Shown: positions 23,889 to 32,591 of the stretch, piece by piece
How the letters are laid out: every line of letters begins with the position of its first letter
How positions within the stretch are numbered: the stretch's first letter is position 1
DNA from: Paludibacteraceae bacterium
GTDB taxonomy: Bacteria; Bacteroidota; Bacteroidia; Bacteroidales; Paludibacteraceae
Direction of reading: 5' to 3'
Length of the DNA: 64,000 nt
Assembly (NCBI GenBank): GCA_045614865.1
Contig: JAZLDS010000002.1
Coordinates: 4,252-68,251, forward strand
Notes under the pieces: model-generated
Seen by the model: only the letters and a program-made list of their open reading frames with translations
Databases searched by the model: none
Told to the model about the DNA's origin: nothing
Program-made: the position numbers and the translations under genes

Positions 23889-25313
23889 ATGAAAACCAAT
23901 GAAGAGCAAATAAGACGCATTGAGGACTATATCCAACATGGTCAGACCTTAGATGTTAGCAAACTTCGCCATTTCCTACTGAATGGTGCTGACGTTCCTT
24001 TGTATTGCATAGGTAGTGGTGGATTTGGTTTATCTATGAAACTCTGTGCGTTGCTTTATTCTGCTAATAAAGGGATGGCGCAAGCATGTACACCATTATT
24101 AATGAATCACGTATCAGACGCTACCTTAAAGAAATGCAAAGTCCTATTTTATAGTAAAGGTGGCAGTCAAGTTGATACAGGTTGGTTGTTCAAGCGAATG
24201 GCAGCGTTGAATCCACAAGGTATATTTGGGCTCGGTGCATTTAATCCAACATCCAAACATGCTAATACTATGATTAATCAGATCAGAGAAATTAGTGAAA
24301 ATTGGTGTTTATTCAATCTAAAAAAGGATAAAGAAACATTTGTTTCTACTGCTTCACACCTCACGATGACCACAGCAATATATCGTGCGTTTACTAACGA
24401 CGACAATCCTTTGCAAAGATTAACGCTGAGTGTGGATCATAACTATACATACGTTAATCGTGATGGAAGTACTCATTCACTACCCGCATTGAAAGACATT
24501 AAAACATATATCGCACTATTTGGTGGTTGGGGAGAACCTGTAGCCGCATCCTTCGAGAGTATTATGACTGAAGCAGGTCTTGCAAATGTACAAATATGTG
24601 ATCTGCGTAATTGGTGTCATGGTCGTTTTATATTCTTAAGTAATCACATAGAAGATTCTGTTTTGCTTTTATACTTAACTCCACGAGAAAAAGAGTATGC
24701 TATGCGATTGCTAAATGAAACAGGTATCTACGATAAAAACAAGTCTATTTTCCCTAATAACGTTCATATAATAACCATAGAGACGGAATACGATGAACCA
24801 TTAGCAACATTAGATTTAGCAATCAAAAATATCATGCTATTAAACGATATTGCTAACTCTTATGGGGTTGATATCGAGAATCCGATTAATAAGAGTGGAA
24901 TAGACAAACGTTTCCCTCGACGATTTAAGATGAAAGAACAAAAAGAGTTTGGTTCCGTTAATCTTGATTTTGGAAGAGCAGGAACATTAAAGGGAGTCTC
25001 GCGAAAAAAAGTCATCAATTATAATCCCCGATTGTCAATTGAACAACTCGCCAAGAAAAATAATGTATCCGCAGCAACTATACGACTATATATAAAAAAG
25101 AACCATATAGACAGAGAAAGAGACTCTCAATTATTGATATATTTAAGCATACATAAAAATATCAAAAAATATCCAAACATTACCATTAAAGACTTAGCAA
25201 AAAAAGCAAAATGCTCTGTCGCTACTGCAAAGAAATATATGGAAATGAAGACGTTCGACATACCCGTAAGGGAAGGACATGTTTCGCTTGTACACGATGA
25301 TATAAATAATTAA
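23889..25313 (+). CDS. double SIS-like domain protein with two C-terminal HTH motifs (unknown function)
   Basis: 474-aa ORF starting 7 nt after the RM stop. First SIS-like unit: LYCIGSGGFGLSMKLCALLY and FYSKGGSQVDTGWL. Second unit: FGGWGEPVAASFESIMTEAGLANVQICDLRNWCHGRF, reminiscent of the GlmS/AgaS isomerase SIS. HTH-like segments: SIEQLAKKNNVSAATIRLYIKK and TIKDLAKKAKCSVATAKKYM. Confidence 0.55.
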   Translation: MKTNEEQIRRIEDYIQHGQTLDVSKLRHFLLNGADVPLYCIGSGGFGLSMKLCALLYSANKGMAQACTPLLMNHVSDATLKKCKVLFYSKGGSQVDTGWLFKRMAALNPQGIFGLGAFNPTSKHANTMINQIREISENWCLFNLKKDKETFVSTASHLTMTTAIYRAFTNDDNPLQRLTLSVDHNYTYVNRDGSTHSLPALKDIKTYIALFGGWGEPVAASFESIMTEAGLANVQICDLRNWCHGRFIFLSNHIEDSVLLLYLTPREKEYAMRLLNETGIYDKNKSIFPNNVHIITIETEYDEPLATLDLAIKNIMLLNDIANSYGVDIENPINKSGIDKRFPRRFKMKEQKEFGSVNLDFGRAGTLKGVSRKKVINYNPRLSIEQLAKKNNVSAATIRLYIKKNHIDRERDSQLLIYLSIHKNIKKYPNITIKDLAKKAKCSVATAKKYMEMKTFDIPVREGHVSLVHDDINN

Positions 25314-25334
25314 ATAAATTTCATACAAGCACCA

Positions 25335-25375
25335 ATAGGGTAAGACGTATATGCCACGTTTTACCCTATTTTTTG
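25335..25375 (+). terminator. terminator of the RM / double-SIS operon
   Basis: Stem ATAGGGTAA/TTACCCTAT followed by TTTTTTGTTTTT. Confidence 0.7.
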
Positions 25376-25483
25376 TTTTTAAATAGAACAATATACTTTG
25401 CTCTATTTCATAGAATGTCAAATGGTTAAAGTTTACTTATTCTGCAATTAATTCATTTCTTAAGCACGAGGTGCAGAAAAAGT

Positions 25484-25738
25484 TTAATTTTCTTGAGTTT
25501 TTCGTCCATTTAGATAGTCTTGCATGCTTAAGTTTCCCGGTTGTTTGTTTTTGTCATATTCTGCCTTTGAAGGAATACCTCGCCAATACCTTTTCATTGC
25601 TTCTGACTGCTTACGCGCACATGCTCGCGCTGCTTCGGTTCCTTTGCTTTGATGGTATGCTTTCATCGATTTTGAAATAAGTTCTTTTGTTTCTGGGGTG
25701 TGTTCCCGAAATTGTCTCTTGTTGTATGTATTTTCCAT
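25484..25738 (-). CDS. small NUMOD3-motif protein (hypothetical)
   Basis: 84-aa ORF. HTPETKELISKSMKAYH resembles the NUMOD3 DNA-binding motif of homing endonucleases. No nuclease domain is present. Confidence 0.35.
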   Translation of the reverse strand: MENTYNKRQFREHTPETKELISKSMKAYHQSKGTEAARACARKQSEAMKRYWRGIPSKAEYDKNKQPGNLSMQDYLNGRKTQEN

Positions 25739-25997
25739 AATTTATTTAGTTTTTTATATATAAATACTTTAATTACTTTAAAAAGTTTATTTATTTGTTG
25801 ATTTTTTTGAAAATAAATGTATTTATTAAATAGATAGACTAAGTAATATAAGTAAACTTGCTTTTAAGCAAGCAAAAAAATGGTGTCTATCTGTCACAGC
25901 CACTTGGTACCTAACTTATCTAATTAAGGGGTAGGGGGTAGGTGATTTTTGTGGCGTGACGTTAAAATAATTGTCCACAATAAAAAATTAAAAAACT

Positions 25998-26810
25998 ATG
26001 GATAAAAAATTAAAAGTAAATCTTGATAGGTTAGAGGTTACCTATACTTGCTCCACAGAATGGAGAGAAATATTAGCAGATTCTAATAGATTAGTCTGCG
26101 GAGAGAATGGCGAAATAATATTGGAACGAGCAGAATCCACAACTTCATTATACAAGCATAACTATCGGGTGCTTTGTGATAATATCTTTGTCGGAAACTT
26201 GTTTTTTGGAAGCTATAATCCTAATCGCCCTTATATATATCTTGCTGTCGATAATAAGATGTTGTACACCCATTTAGCAGGCATAACTTATATTGAACAA
26301 GCATTGAATTTGCAATATTATCGCATTAGCAAGTTAGATATATGTTTAGACACCAATAGGAATATTATCAATAAGTTTTATAGATTATTGAAGGATGATT
26401 CAAAAACTATAATTATCAATAATAAAAGTATTAGGGATAGACGAGCTATTGTAGAAAATTTGATACATTTTTCTTCTGGATCATTAAGGTCAATTCGTAA
26501 GATTAAATCATTTATTATAAAAGGTAATGAGATAGAACTTGCAGGGTATAACAAGGGATTGGAAATAGATAAAACTGAGAAATATTATATCAAAGACAAT
26601 TTAGGGTTAGGCAATAAAATATATCGTTTAGAAATAAGGATGACCAATTACAAACAAATTAGTAAAGCATTAGAAATGTGTGCCATTAAAATGGATGAAA
26701 TATATTATAATCCATTTGGAGAATGTTTAAACAGAGTGTTTTACTATACTTTAAATCGAATTATTAGAATAAAACCTAATATTAGTATATTAGATTATCT
26801 CTTCAACTAA
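25998..26810 (+). CDS. possible Rep_trans-like replication initiator (hypothetical)
   Basis: 270-aa ORF. LDRLEVTY, YRISKLDICLDT and IYRLEIRM loosely recall the conserved blocks of Rep_trans (PF02486) rolling-circle initiators. It is preceded by a 260-bp AT-rich repeat-containing region. Weak call. Confidence 0.35.
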   Translation: MDKKLKVNLDRLEVTYTCSTEWREILADSNRLVCGENGEIILERAESTTSLYKHNYRVLCDNIFVGNLFFGSYNPNRPYIYLAVDNKMLYTHLAGITYIEQALNLQYYRISKLDICLDTNRNIINKFYRLLKDDSKTIIINNKSIRDRRAIVENLIHFSSGSLRSIRKIKSFIIKGNEIELAGYNKGLEIDKTEKYYIKDNLGLGNKIYRLEIRMTNYKQISKALEMCAIKMDEIYYNPFGECLNRVFYYTLNRIIRIKPNISILDYLFN

Positions 26811-26913
26811 AATTATTTATTTTTTGATTTGTATCATTTGTATGATTTCCAATACATTACTATCAGATAACACTCTCTACCAACCCTATTTGTTAATAGG
26901 TTGGGAATGTATA

Positions 26914-26941
26914 AAACAACCACTGGCTTCAGTGGTTGTTT
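26914..26941. terminator. bidirectional terminator between the Rep-like and integrase genes
   Basis: Perfect 11-bp stem AAACAACCACT/AGTGGTTGTTT with loop GGCTTC. Confidence 0.7.
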
Positions 26942-26947
26942 ATCATT

Positions 26948-28192
26948 CTATTTGTTAAGCATTGATGATATGTAATCTTTTGTTTTAAGCATTAAATCAT
27001 TTGTGATAGACTTTAAATACGTCTGTGTGGTCTTTAAATTTTTATGTCCAAGCAGTAACATTAACTGCTCTGCAGAAATCTTATGTTCCGCAGCATTGGC
27101 AGCAAAAGTATGTCGAATGTTATATGTGGTAAATGGTTCTATGTCTATTTCCCTACAAATTATTCGAATTCCCTTATTTATTCTTTTAATGACATCGCTC
27201 CGTTTGCTTGCTTGTTGTGCCTCGGTCATATTCTCCCGATAAAAAGGTAAGATGTAGGCATCAGGTTTTTTACTATTTATTACGCCATATTTCTTTAGAA
27301 GTTCCTTTACGTCGTCGGTAAGAGGAACGCCAACATTTGTGTCCACTCGTTCTGTTTTTTTACGAGTGAAATGTATCTGCTCATTAATGATAGAACGATT
27401 TTTTAATGATAGAATATCAGCAATATTTGCGCCACACATTGCAAATGATAGCATCGTAAAATCGTAGGCAAAATGAGTTAGGTCAGTCTGTGGAGAATAT
27501 GACCAAAACTTTTGCCAATCGTTAAGTTCTACTGCACGTTTGCTTCGTTCCGTTTGGATTATTTTAATTTTGGATGTTGGATTAGTTGTGATAATACCCT
27601 TCTCAATCGCAAAGTTAAATAAAGCACGCAATCCCCTCATGTACATTCCTAACGTATTTGAGGATATATCTTTATCATACTTATTTCTATATTGATTCTT
27701 TAGGTAACTTTCAAAACTTCTCAAAATCTCGTTCGTGGTATCTTGAATAGTTAATTCAGGATTGTACTTTTTAATCCAATTTATTGCAGTTCGGTAACTT
27801 TCAATTGTATTTGGTTTACATTGCTTCTCACGATTATATTCTTCCAATAAGAGATCAAAAGAGACCTTGTTTGATACAATGTGTTTGCCATAAACTTTTT
27901 GGTCGTATAGAATCTTAAATTGAGGGAAAGTAAATGATGCTCCAAGTTGCTCACATATTGAACAAGCAACTTTATAATCCTCCTCAGCTATTGCAAACGC
28001 TTCTTTTGTCTTTTTTAGACGTGGATTTTCAAATTCTTCCTTAGATAGGAGTTGTTTGCTGCGGGTTGTATATATTCTATTTACGCGCTGAAAGGTAACT
28101 CTTATCTTTATAGAACTAAGAATTCGAGTTTGTTTTTTGTTTGGAAACCATACTAAATTAACTTGGGCAATAGAATACATAATCTTGAACAT
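26948..28192 (-). CDS. tyrosine site-specific integrase
   Basis: 414-aa ORF. C-terminal catalytic region with FTRKKT, NIRHTFA, LLGHKNLKTTQTYL (R..HxxR..H..Y). SAM-like N-terminal domain typical of Bacteroidales integrases. TACCTTTG box lies upstream. Confidence 0.9.
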   Translation of the reverse strand: MFKIMYSIAQVNLVWFPNKKQTRILSSIKIRVTFQRVNRIYTTRSKQLLSKEEFENPRLKKTKEAFAIAEEDYKVACSICEQLGASFTFPQFKILYDQKVYGKHIVSNKVSFDLLLEEYNREKQCKPNTIESYRTAINWIKKYNPELTIQDTTNEILRSFESYLKNQYRNKYDKDISSNTLGMYMRGLRALFNFAIEKGIITTNPTSKIKIIQTERSKRAVELNDWQKFWSYSPQTDLTHFAYDFTMLSFAMCGANIADILSLKNRSIINEQIHFTRKKTERVDTNVGVPLTDDVKELLKKYGVINSKKPDAYILPFYRENMTEAQQASKRSDVIKRINKGIRIICREIDIEPFTTYNIRHTFAANAAEHKISAEQLMLLLGHKNLKTTQTYLKSITNDLMLKTKDYISSMLNK

Positions 28193-28205
28193 TTAAAATT
28201 TTGTG

Positions 28206-28213
28206 CAAAGGTA
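28206..28213 (-). promoter_or_regulatory. -7 box TACCTTTG (integrase)
   Basis: TAnnTTTG match about 14 nt upstream of ATG 28192. Confidence 0.6.
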
Positions 28214-28226
28214 CAAAATAAAAGTG

Positions 28227-28253
28227 AAACCCACAACAAAACCTACAACATTT
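28227..28253 (+). repeat. internal sub-terminal repeat (candidate integrase arm site), right copy
   Basis: AAACCCACAACAAAACCTACAACATTT, in the same orientation as the left copy. Confidence 0.85.
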
Positions 28254-28352
28254 TTCAAGAAAGTTTTCGAACAGAATAAAATATGTATTTATAAATAGCT
28301 TGTATTCATCGGATTACAAGAACAAAATAGAATAGAACAAAATAGCATTTCT

Positions 28353-28403
28353 ATGATTCATAATCATGAGGTCCCCAGTTCAATCCTGGGTCCCGCTACA
28401 AAA
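28353..28403 (+). repeat. attR core (displaced partial tRNA 3' half)
   Basis: The same 51 nt as 18305-18355. No tRNA 5' half lies upstream of it. Confidence 0.95.
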
Positions 28404-28404
28404 G

Positions 28405-28436
28405 AAAAAGCAACCTAATTCAAGGTTGCTTTTTTT
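28405..28436. terminator. original tRNA terminator, shared with the convergent porW-like gene
   Basis: Stem AGCAACCT/AGGTTGCT, flanked by A-rich and T7 runs. Confidence 0.7.
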
Positions 28437-28446
28437 GTGGTGTTTA

Positions 28447-31161
28447 CTATCGTTTGAAGTGCAAATAATCCTCTATGGTTAGTTGCGTATTGAGCAGTTT
28501 CTCGTTGTCTGCCGTGATGGCTATGACTTGTACGTTGAGGTCTTGCATGAGCAGACTGAGCGTTGCGTTTTTCTGGAGTAGTTGGATATACCATTCAGCT
28601 TCGTCCAATTTCTCAAATCCAGCAATTTGCAAAGCCATTTTTTCATCCCCGTAAACAGGTAATTGTGTCAGGTCGAAGTCCTTGATCATGAATTGTGAGA
28701 AGTTGTAGAGTGCCACCTCGTAGAGGAGTTGGTTGAGTTTCTCTTCATTGGCAGGCATGACTAGCAATACCAGAGAAGGAGCGTTGTTCTCCCGGCTAAA
28801 TTGTGCGGTAGTTTGTTCGTTTTCCTGCACATTTGTATTGGTGTAATCTCTTTTCTGTTGCAGGTCGGATAGTTTACCCTTTTGTGTCTCTGCACCTTGT
28901 CCCATGAGTGCGAGCATGTCTTTTCCCATGGCAGCCAGTTCGCTTTCAGGGTATCTAGCGACCATATCTTGTAGCTGTGCGATGAAGGCATTTTGTCCTT
29001 CGGTTTTAGCCACAGCTATGGCGTTGAGGAACAAGAATCGTGGCATCAGCGGAGTGAGCGGATAGTGTTGCTCCGCATATAGTTTGCTTTGTTTGACCGT
29101 CTTGAAGTCGTTGTTGCAATACGCTTTGTATGTATTTTCGTAGAGCGAATCTTGCTCTTGCGCCATTTGTTGTAGTCGCAGGAAGTAGTTAGGTTGGCTC
29201 ACGATGTATGCTTCGTCGGATTCAGGGAAGCGCGTAATGATCTGTTGTCGATATTGCTCAGCAGCTTTCTGGTCGTTGTTCTTGAGCGCTGTGAGGTACT
29301 GCATGTAGTACAGTTCGATGAGCAGTTCGTGATTAGGGAATCGACGGCAGAAATCCTGGAAGGCTTCGTCGCTGAGCGCTTGGTCTCCCAGTTGGTCACG
29401 ATAGATGTAGATCAGGTTGAAGAGTGCCTGTGCCAGCAGTTGGTTGGATTGCTCGATATCTGCCTTTGTTTTAGGGATCTGCTGCAGGTAATATTCTGGT
29501 TTGTGGTTATCTGTTTCGATGGTTGTCGTCTTGGCGATGTGTGTAGAGTCGTTGAATGTAGAATCGTTATCCCATTCTTCGTCGGCCATATCATCGTCAA
29601 AGATGGAGCTACTAGCCGCTTTGCTGAGTCGTCTCCAGTTGTCTTCTAGTGTACGGTTGCCCCATTGTGTGCGGAAGGACTGTTGTCCTGATCGCATGAG
29701 TTGTGGGTTGTAGAAGTACCAGTTAGCGTTGTTGGCACCTCCACCAATCATGTTGGAGGTATTGACACTTCTGCTTCCCGTATTGTTCTCAGCCTCTCTG
29801 GCCGCTTGTGCAGCTTTCTCTTTCTCTTCCTCTTCTGCTCGTATGAGTCTAGCGATGATGGAGTCCACCACTACTCGTTGCTCCTCTTCGGACAAGGTGG
29901 CAAGATGTTGTAGTGAGTCTTGCAGCTGAACCATAGAGTACTCTACCACAAGTTCGTCCAGCGTCTCCGATCTTCGTTGTATTTGCTCGTATTGTTCGCT
30001 ATCGGCCGACAGTATTTGTGTGGCTTCTTTGTAGCATGGGCTGGCCTTGATGTAGTCGCGTTGGATAAAATAGATATCTCCAGCAGTAATGAGTACTCGT
30101 GCTTTAGCTAGTCCATTCTTGGTACTTTCAGCGATGGCTGTTTCGTAGTTTTTGAGCGCATTCGCGGTGTCTTTTTGTGCGAGATACACATCTCCGATGG
30201 CTCCGTAGATCTGGTCTAGCAGCTCTTTGTTTTTGTCCAGTTTAGCCATTTTCGACAGCAGTTTGATGGCCTCTTTAGGGGATTCATCCATCTGCGCAAG
30301 TCGTAATCGCGTATTGAAATCCATCTCGTTGGATGGTTGTAGTTTGAGCACTTTCTTGTATACGTTTCTTGCAGCAGCTCTTTCGTTTTGCAGCTGATAG
30401 ATTTGTCCTAGGACGAAAAGGAAACGTGGTCTGCTATGTTTCTTATGTTCCTCTGGCAATGCAATTTTGATGAACGGTATAGCATCTCTATATCGTTTGT
30501 TTTTGAGCAATATATCCGCACTGACGGCAGCATATAGTGGTGCATGCTTTTTGCTCAGGTTGTCGATTTGCACCTTGCTGAGCATGTCTTCTGCTTCGTA
30601 CACCCATTCCATTTCCGCGTATGCGCGAGCAATCCATAATTGGCATCTAGCGACCATATCCGCATCGTGTGCGTAATGGCGCATGATATAGTTGAACGTA
30701 CTCACGCTACCCAGGAAATCACCCTTGTGAAACTCGGCCTGTGCGAGTAACATCCATGCATTTCCCATCTGATTGTTGAATTCCTCTTGTTTCGTCCATG
30801 CTTTGTATTTAGGGTCTCGTCTGACTTTATCGTAGTTGATATCTTTAGGCCTGGTCTTGATGCTATGCATCTTGATGCATTTGCGGCATTTCTCGATGGT
30901 TTTGTCCATTTGGGAAGCAGCCGCTGATGCTGCTTCATGATTGGATACAGGGTAGAGGTTCAGGATGGTGGAGTAGTCATCTTGATTGGCTTCGAGAATG
31001 GCTTTCTGACCTTCGTTATATGCAATTTTGCCGTTATAGTAGATATTGTATTTGGTTTTCATCTGGTGAAAACTGCGAGTTGCCCATGTGTTTTTCTTGG
31101 TAGAGCAAGCCGTCAGTGTGCTTACCAGGATGAGCAATAGGAAGATATATTTTGTTTTCAT
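28447..31161 (-). CDS. porW: TPR-repeat lipoprotein, PorW/SprE-like T9SS component
   Basis: 904-aa ORF. Lipobox LTAC followed by STKKNTWATRSFHQMKTKYNIYYNG, which matches my memory of the SprE/PorW N-terminal signature. TPR-like repeats throughout. Confidence 0.6.
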   Translation of the reverse strand: MKTKYIFLLLILVSTLTACSTKKNTWATRSFHQMKTKYNIYYNGKIAYNEGQKAILEANQDDYSTILNLYPVSNHEAASAAASQMDKTIEKCRKCIKMHSIKTRPKDINYDKVRRDPKYKAWTKQEEFNNQMGNAWMLLAQAEFHKGDFLGSVSTFNYIMRHYAHDADMVARCQLWIARAYAEMEWVYEAEDMLSKVQIDNLSKKHAPLYAAVSADILLKNKRYRDAIPFIKIALPEEHKKHSRPRFLFVLGQIYQLQNERAAARNVYKKVLKLQPSNEMDFNTRLRLAQMDESPKEAIKLLSKMAKLDKNKELLDQIYGAIGDVYLAQKDTANALKNYETAIAESTKNGLAKARVLITAGDIYFIQRDYIKASPCYKEATQILSADSEQYEQIQRRSETLDELVVEYSMVQLQDSLQHLATLSEEEQRVVVDSIIARLIRAEEEEKEKAAQAAREAENNTGSRSVNTSNMIGGGANNANWYFYNPQLMRSGQQSFRTQWGNRTLEDNWRRLSKAASSSIFDDDMADEEWDNDSTFNDSTHIAKTTTIETDNHKPEYYLQQIPKTKADIEQSNQLLAQALFNLIYIYRDQLGDQALSDEAFQDFCRRFPNHELLIELYYMQYLTALKNNDQKAAEQYRQQIITRFPESDEAYIVSQPNYFLRLQQMAQEQDSLYENTYKAYCNNDFKTVKQSKLYAEQHYPLTPLMPRFLFLNAIAVAKTEGQNAFIAQLQDMVARYPESELAAMGKDMLALMGQGAETQKGKLSDLQQKRDYTNTNVQENEQTTAQFSRENNAPSLVLLVMPANEEKLNQLLYEVALYNFSQFMIKDFDLTQLPVYGDEKMALQIAGFEKLDEAEWYIQLLQKNATLSLLMQDLNVQVIAITADNEKLLNTQLTIEDYLHFKR

Positions 31162-31200
31162 TATCGTATGGATTTTCGAATGAAAGAATTATATTGGCTG

Positions 31201-31208
31201 CAAAGGTA
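31201..31208 (-). promoter_or_regulatory. -7 box TACCTTTG (porW-like gene)
   Basis: TAnnTTTG match about 40 nt upstream of ATG 31161. Confidence 0.6.
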
Positions 31209-31283
31209 CTGCTAATTTTTGAGATATGCAACAATTGGTTGTAGAAAAATCTACTAAAACTTGCACAAATGAAAATAAATCTA

Positions 31284-31291
31284 TATCTTTG
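31284..31291 (+). promoter_or_regulatory. -7 box TATCTTTG (phoH operon)
   Basis: TAnnTTTG match about 57 nt upstream of ATG 31348. Confidence 0.55.
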
Positions 31292-31347
31292 CACTCGCGT
31301 TTGCAAATAGATACGCAATAGGTAGTAAAAAAAATCAATAATATATC

Positions 31348-32286
31348 ATGGAAGTAATCATCGAACTCAACGAGGCATTGGATACGGCTACGTTTTATGG
31401 TGTGAATAACCTTAATATCCTTTGTTTGAAGAATCAGCATCCAGACGTGCGCGTAGTGGCTCGTGGGTATCAAGTGAAAGTGATAGGTTCTCAGCCGGCG
31501 ATCACTCGTTTTGAGCAAAATATGCGCAAATGTGAAGCGTTTTGCATCAAGCATAATACGCTGACGGAGCAGCAGATATTGCAGATTCTGCATGGAGAGC
31601 AACCCAATGCGTATTTGCAAGATAATTTGATCCTTCATGGTGTGAATGGCAAGTCGATCGTGGCTCGTAGTGCGAATCAGCAGTTACTGGTGGATTTATA
31701 TGATGATAACGATCTGCTATTTGCGATAGGCCCAGCAGGTAGTGGCAAGACATATACTGCTATAGCTCTGGCAGTTAGAGCGCTGAAGAACCGTGAGGTG
31801 AAGCGTATAATCTTGTCGCGTCCGGCCGTGGAGGCCGGTGAGAAATTGGGCTTTCTCCCGGGCGATATGAAGGAGAAGATTGATCCATATCTTCAGCCCT
31901 TATACGATGCGCTGCAAGACATGATTCCAGGTGCTAAGCTCAATGAATATATGGAGCGTGGAGTGATTCAGATAGCTCCATTGGCCTTTATGCGCGGTCG
32001 AACATTAGCGGATGCAATTGTGATATTGGATGAAGCTCAGAACACGACAACGGCGCAGTTGAAGATGTTCTTGACGCGTTTGGGTGTGCATGGCAAGATG
32101 ATTGTGACGGGTGACCTGACGCAGATCGACCTGCCAGCAAGTCAGAAGTCGGGTTTGAAGGATGCGATAGAGAGGCTGAAAGATATTCATGGAATAGCGA
32201 TGGTAGAGTTTACGCAGAAAGATATCGTTCGTCACCATCTGGTGCAACGTATAGTGGATGCGTATGCAACTCGTCAGGATTCGTAA
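31348..32286 (+). CDS. phoH: PhoH-family ATPase
   Basis: Walker A GPAGSGKTYTAIA, and LDEAQNTT..MFLTRLG typical of PhoH. Confidence 0.9.
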   Translation: MEVIIELNEALDTATFYGVNNLNILCLKNQHPDVRVVARGYQVKVIGSQPAITRFEQNMRKCEAFCIKHNTLTEQQILQILHGEQPNAYLQDNLILHGVNGKSIVARSANQQLLVDLYDDNDLLFAIGPAGSGKTYTAIALAVRALKNREVKRIILSRPAVEAGEKLGFLPGDMKEKIDPYLQPLYDALQDMIPGAKLNEYMERGVIQIAPLAFMRGRTLADAIVILDEAQNTTTAQLKMFLTRLGVHGKMIVTGDLTQIDLPASQKSGLKDAIERLKDIHGIAMVEFTQKDIVRHHLVQRIVDAYATRQDS

Positions 32287-32297
32287 ATCAGGAGCGT

Positions 32298-32576
32298 ATG
32301 GTGGTTAGTACGGATAAGATGCCTTCTATATGGCTTTGTGTGTTGCTGGATGCGGTAGGTATGATCTCGTATTTTGTTCCTGTATGGGGCGAATGGATAG
32401 ATGTGGTATGGGCTCCATTGGCAGCCGTACTATTCTACGTGCTCTTAGGGGGTAAGACAGGTGCGATAGGTTCGGCTATTACATTTGCAGAAGAGATCCT
32501 GCCTTTTGCAGATATAGTTCCGATGTTCACCATCGGATATTTTATCCGCAAGCGTGAATTGCGTATGAATAGGTGA
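32298..32576 (+). CDS. small membrane protein (hypothetical)
   Basis: 92-aa ORF with two or three hydrophobic segments, tightly packed between phoH and recO. Confidence 0.45.
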   Translation: MVVSTDKMPSIWLCVLLDAVGMISYFVPVWGEWIDVVWAPLAAVLFYVLLGGKTGAIGSAITFAEEILPFADIVPMFTIGYFIRKRELRMNR

Positions 32577-32591
32577 TAAAAGTGGTAGATT

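Larger units (their letters stand above)
18305..28403. mobile_element. 10.1-kb integrative element inserted in the 3' half of tRNA(CAT)
   Basis: A perfect 51-bp direct repeat (18305-18355 = 28353-28403) covers the anticodon loop to the 3' end of the tRNA plus 5 nt. A tyrosine integrase sits at the right end and an Xis-like gene at the left end. The interior is visibly more AT-rich than the flanks. Confidence 0.9.

Noticed and set aside
31189-31638. 149-aa minus-strand ORF spanning the porW/phoH divergent promoter region
   Set aside because: It runs through both promoter boxes and the phoH 5' end. It has no motif and is likely spurious.
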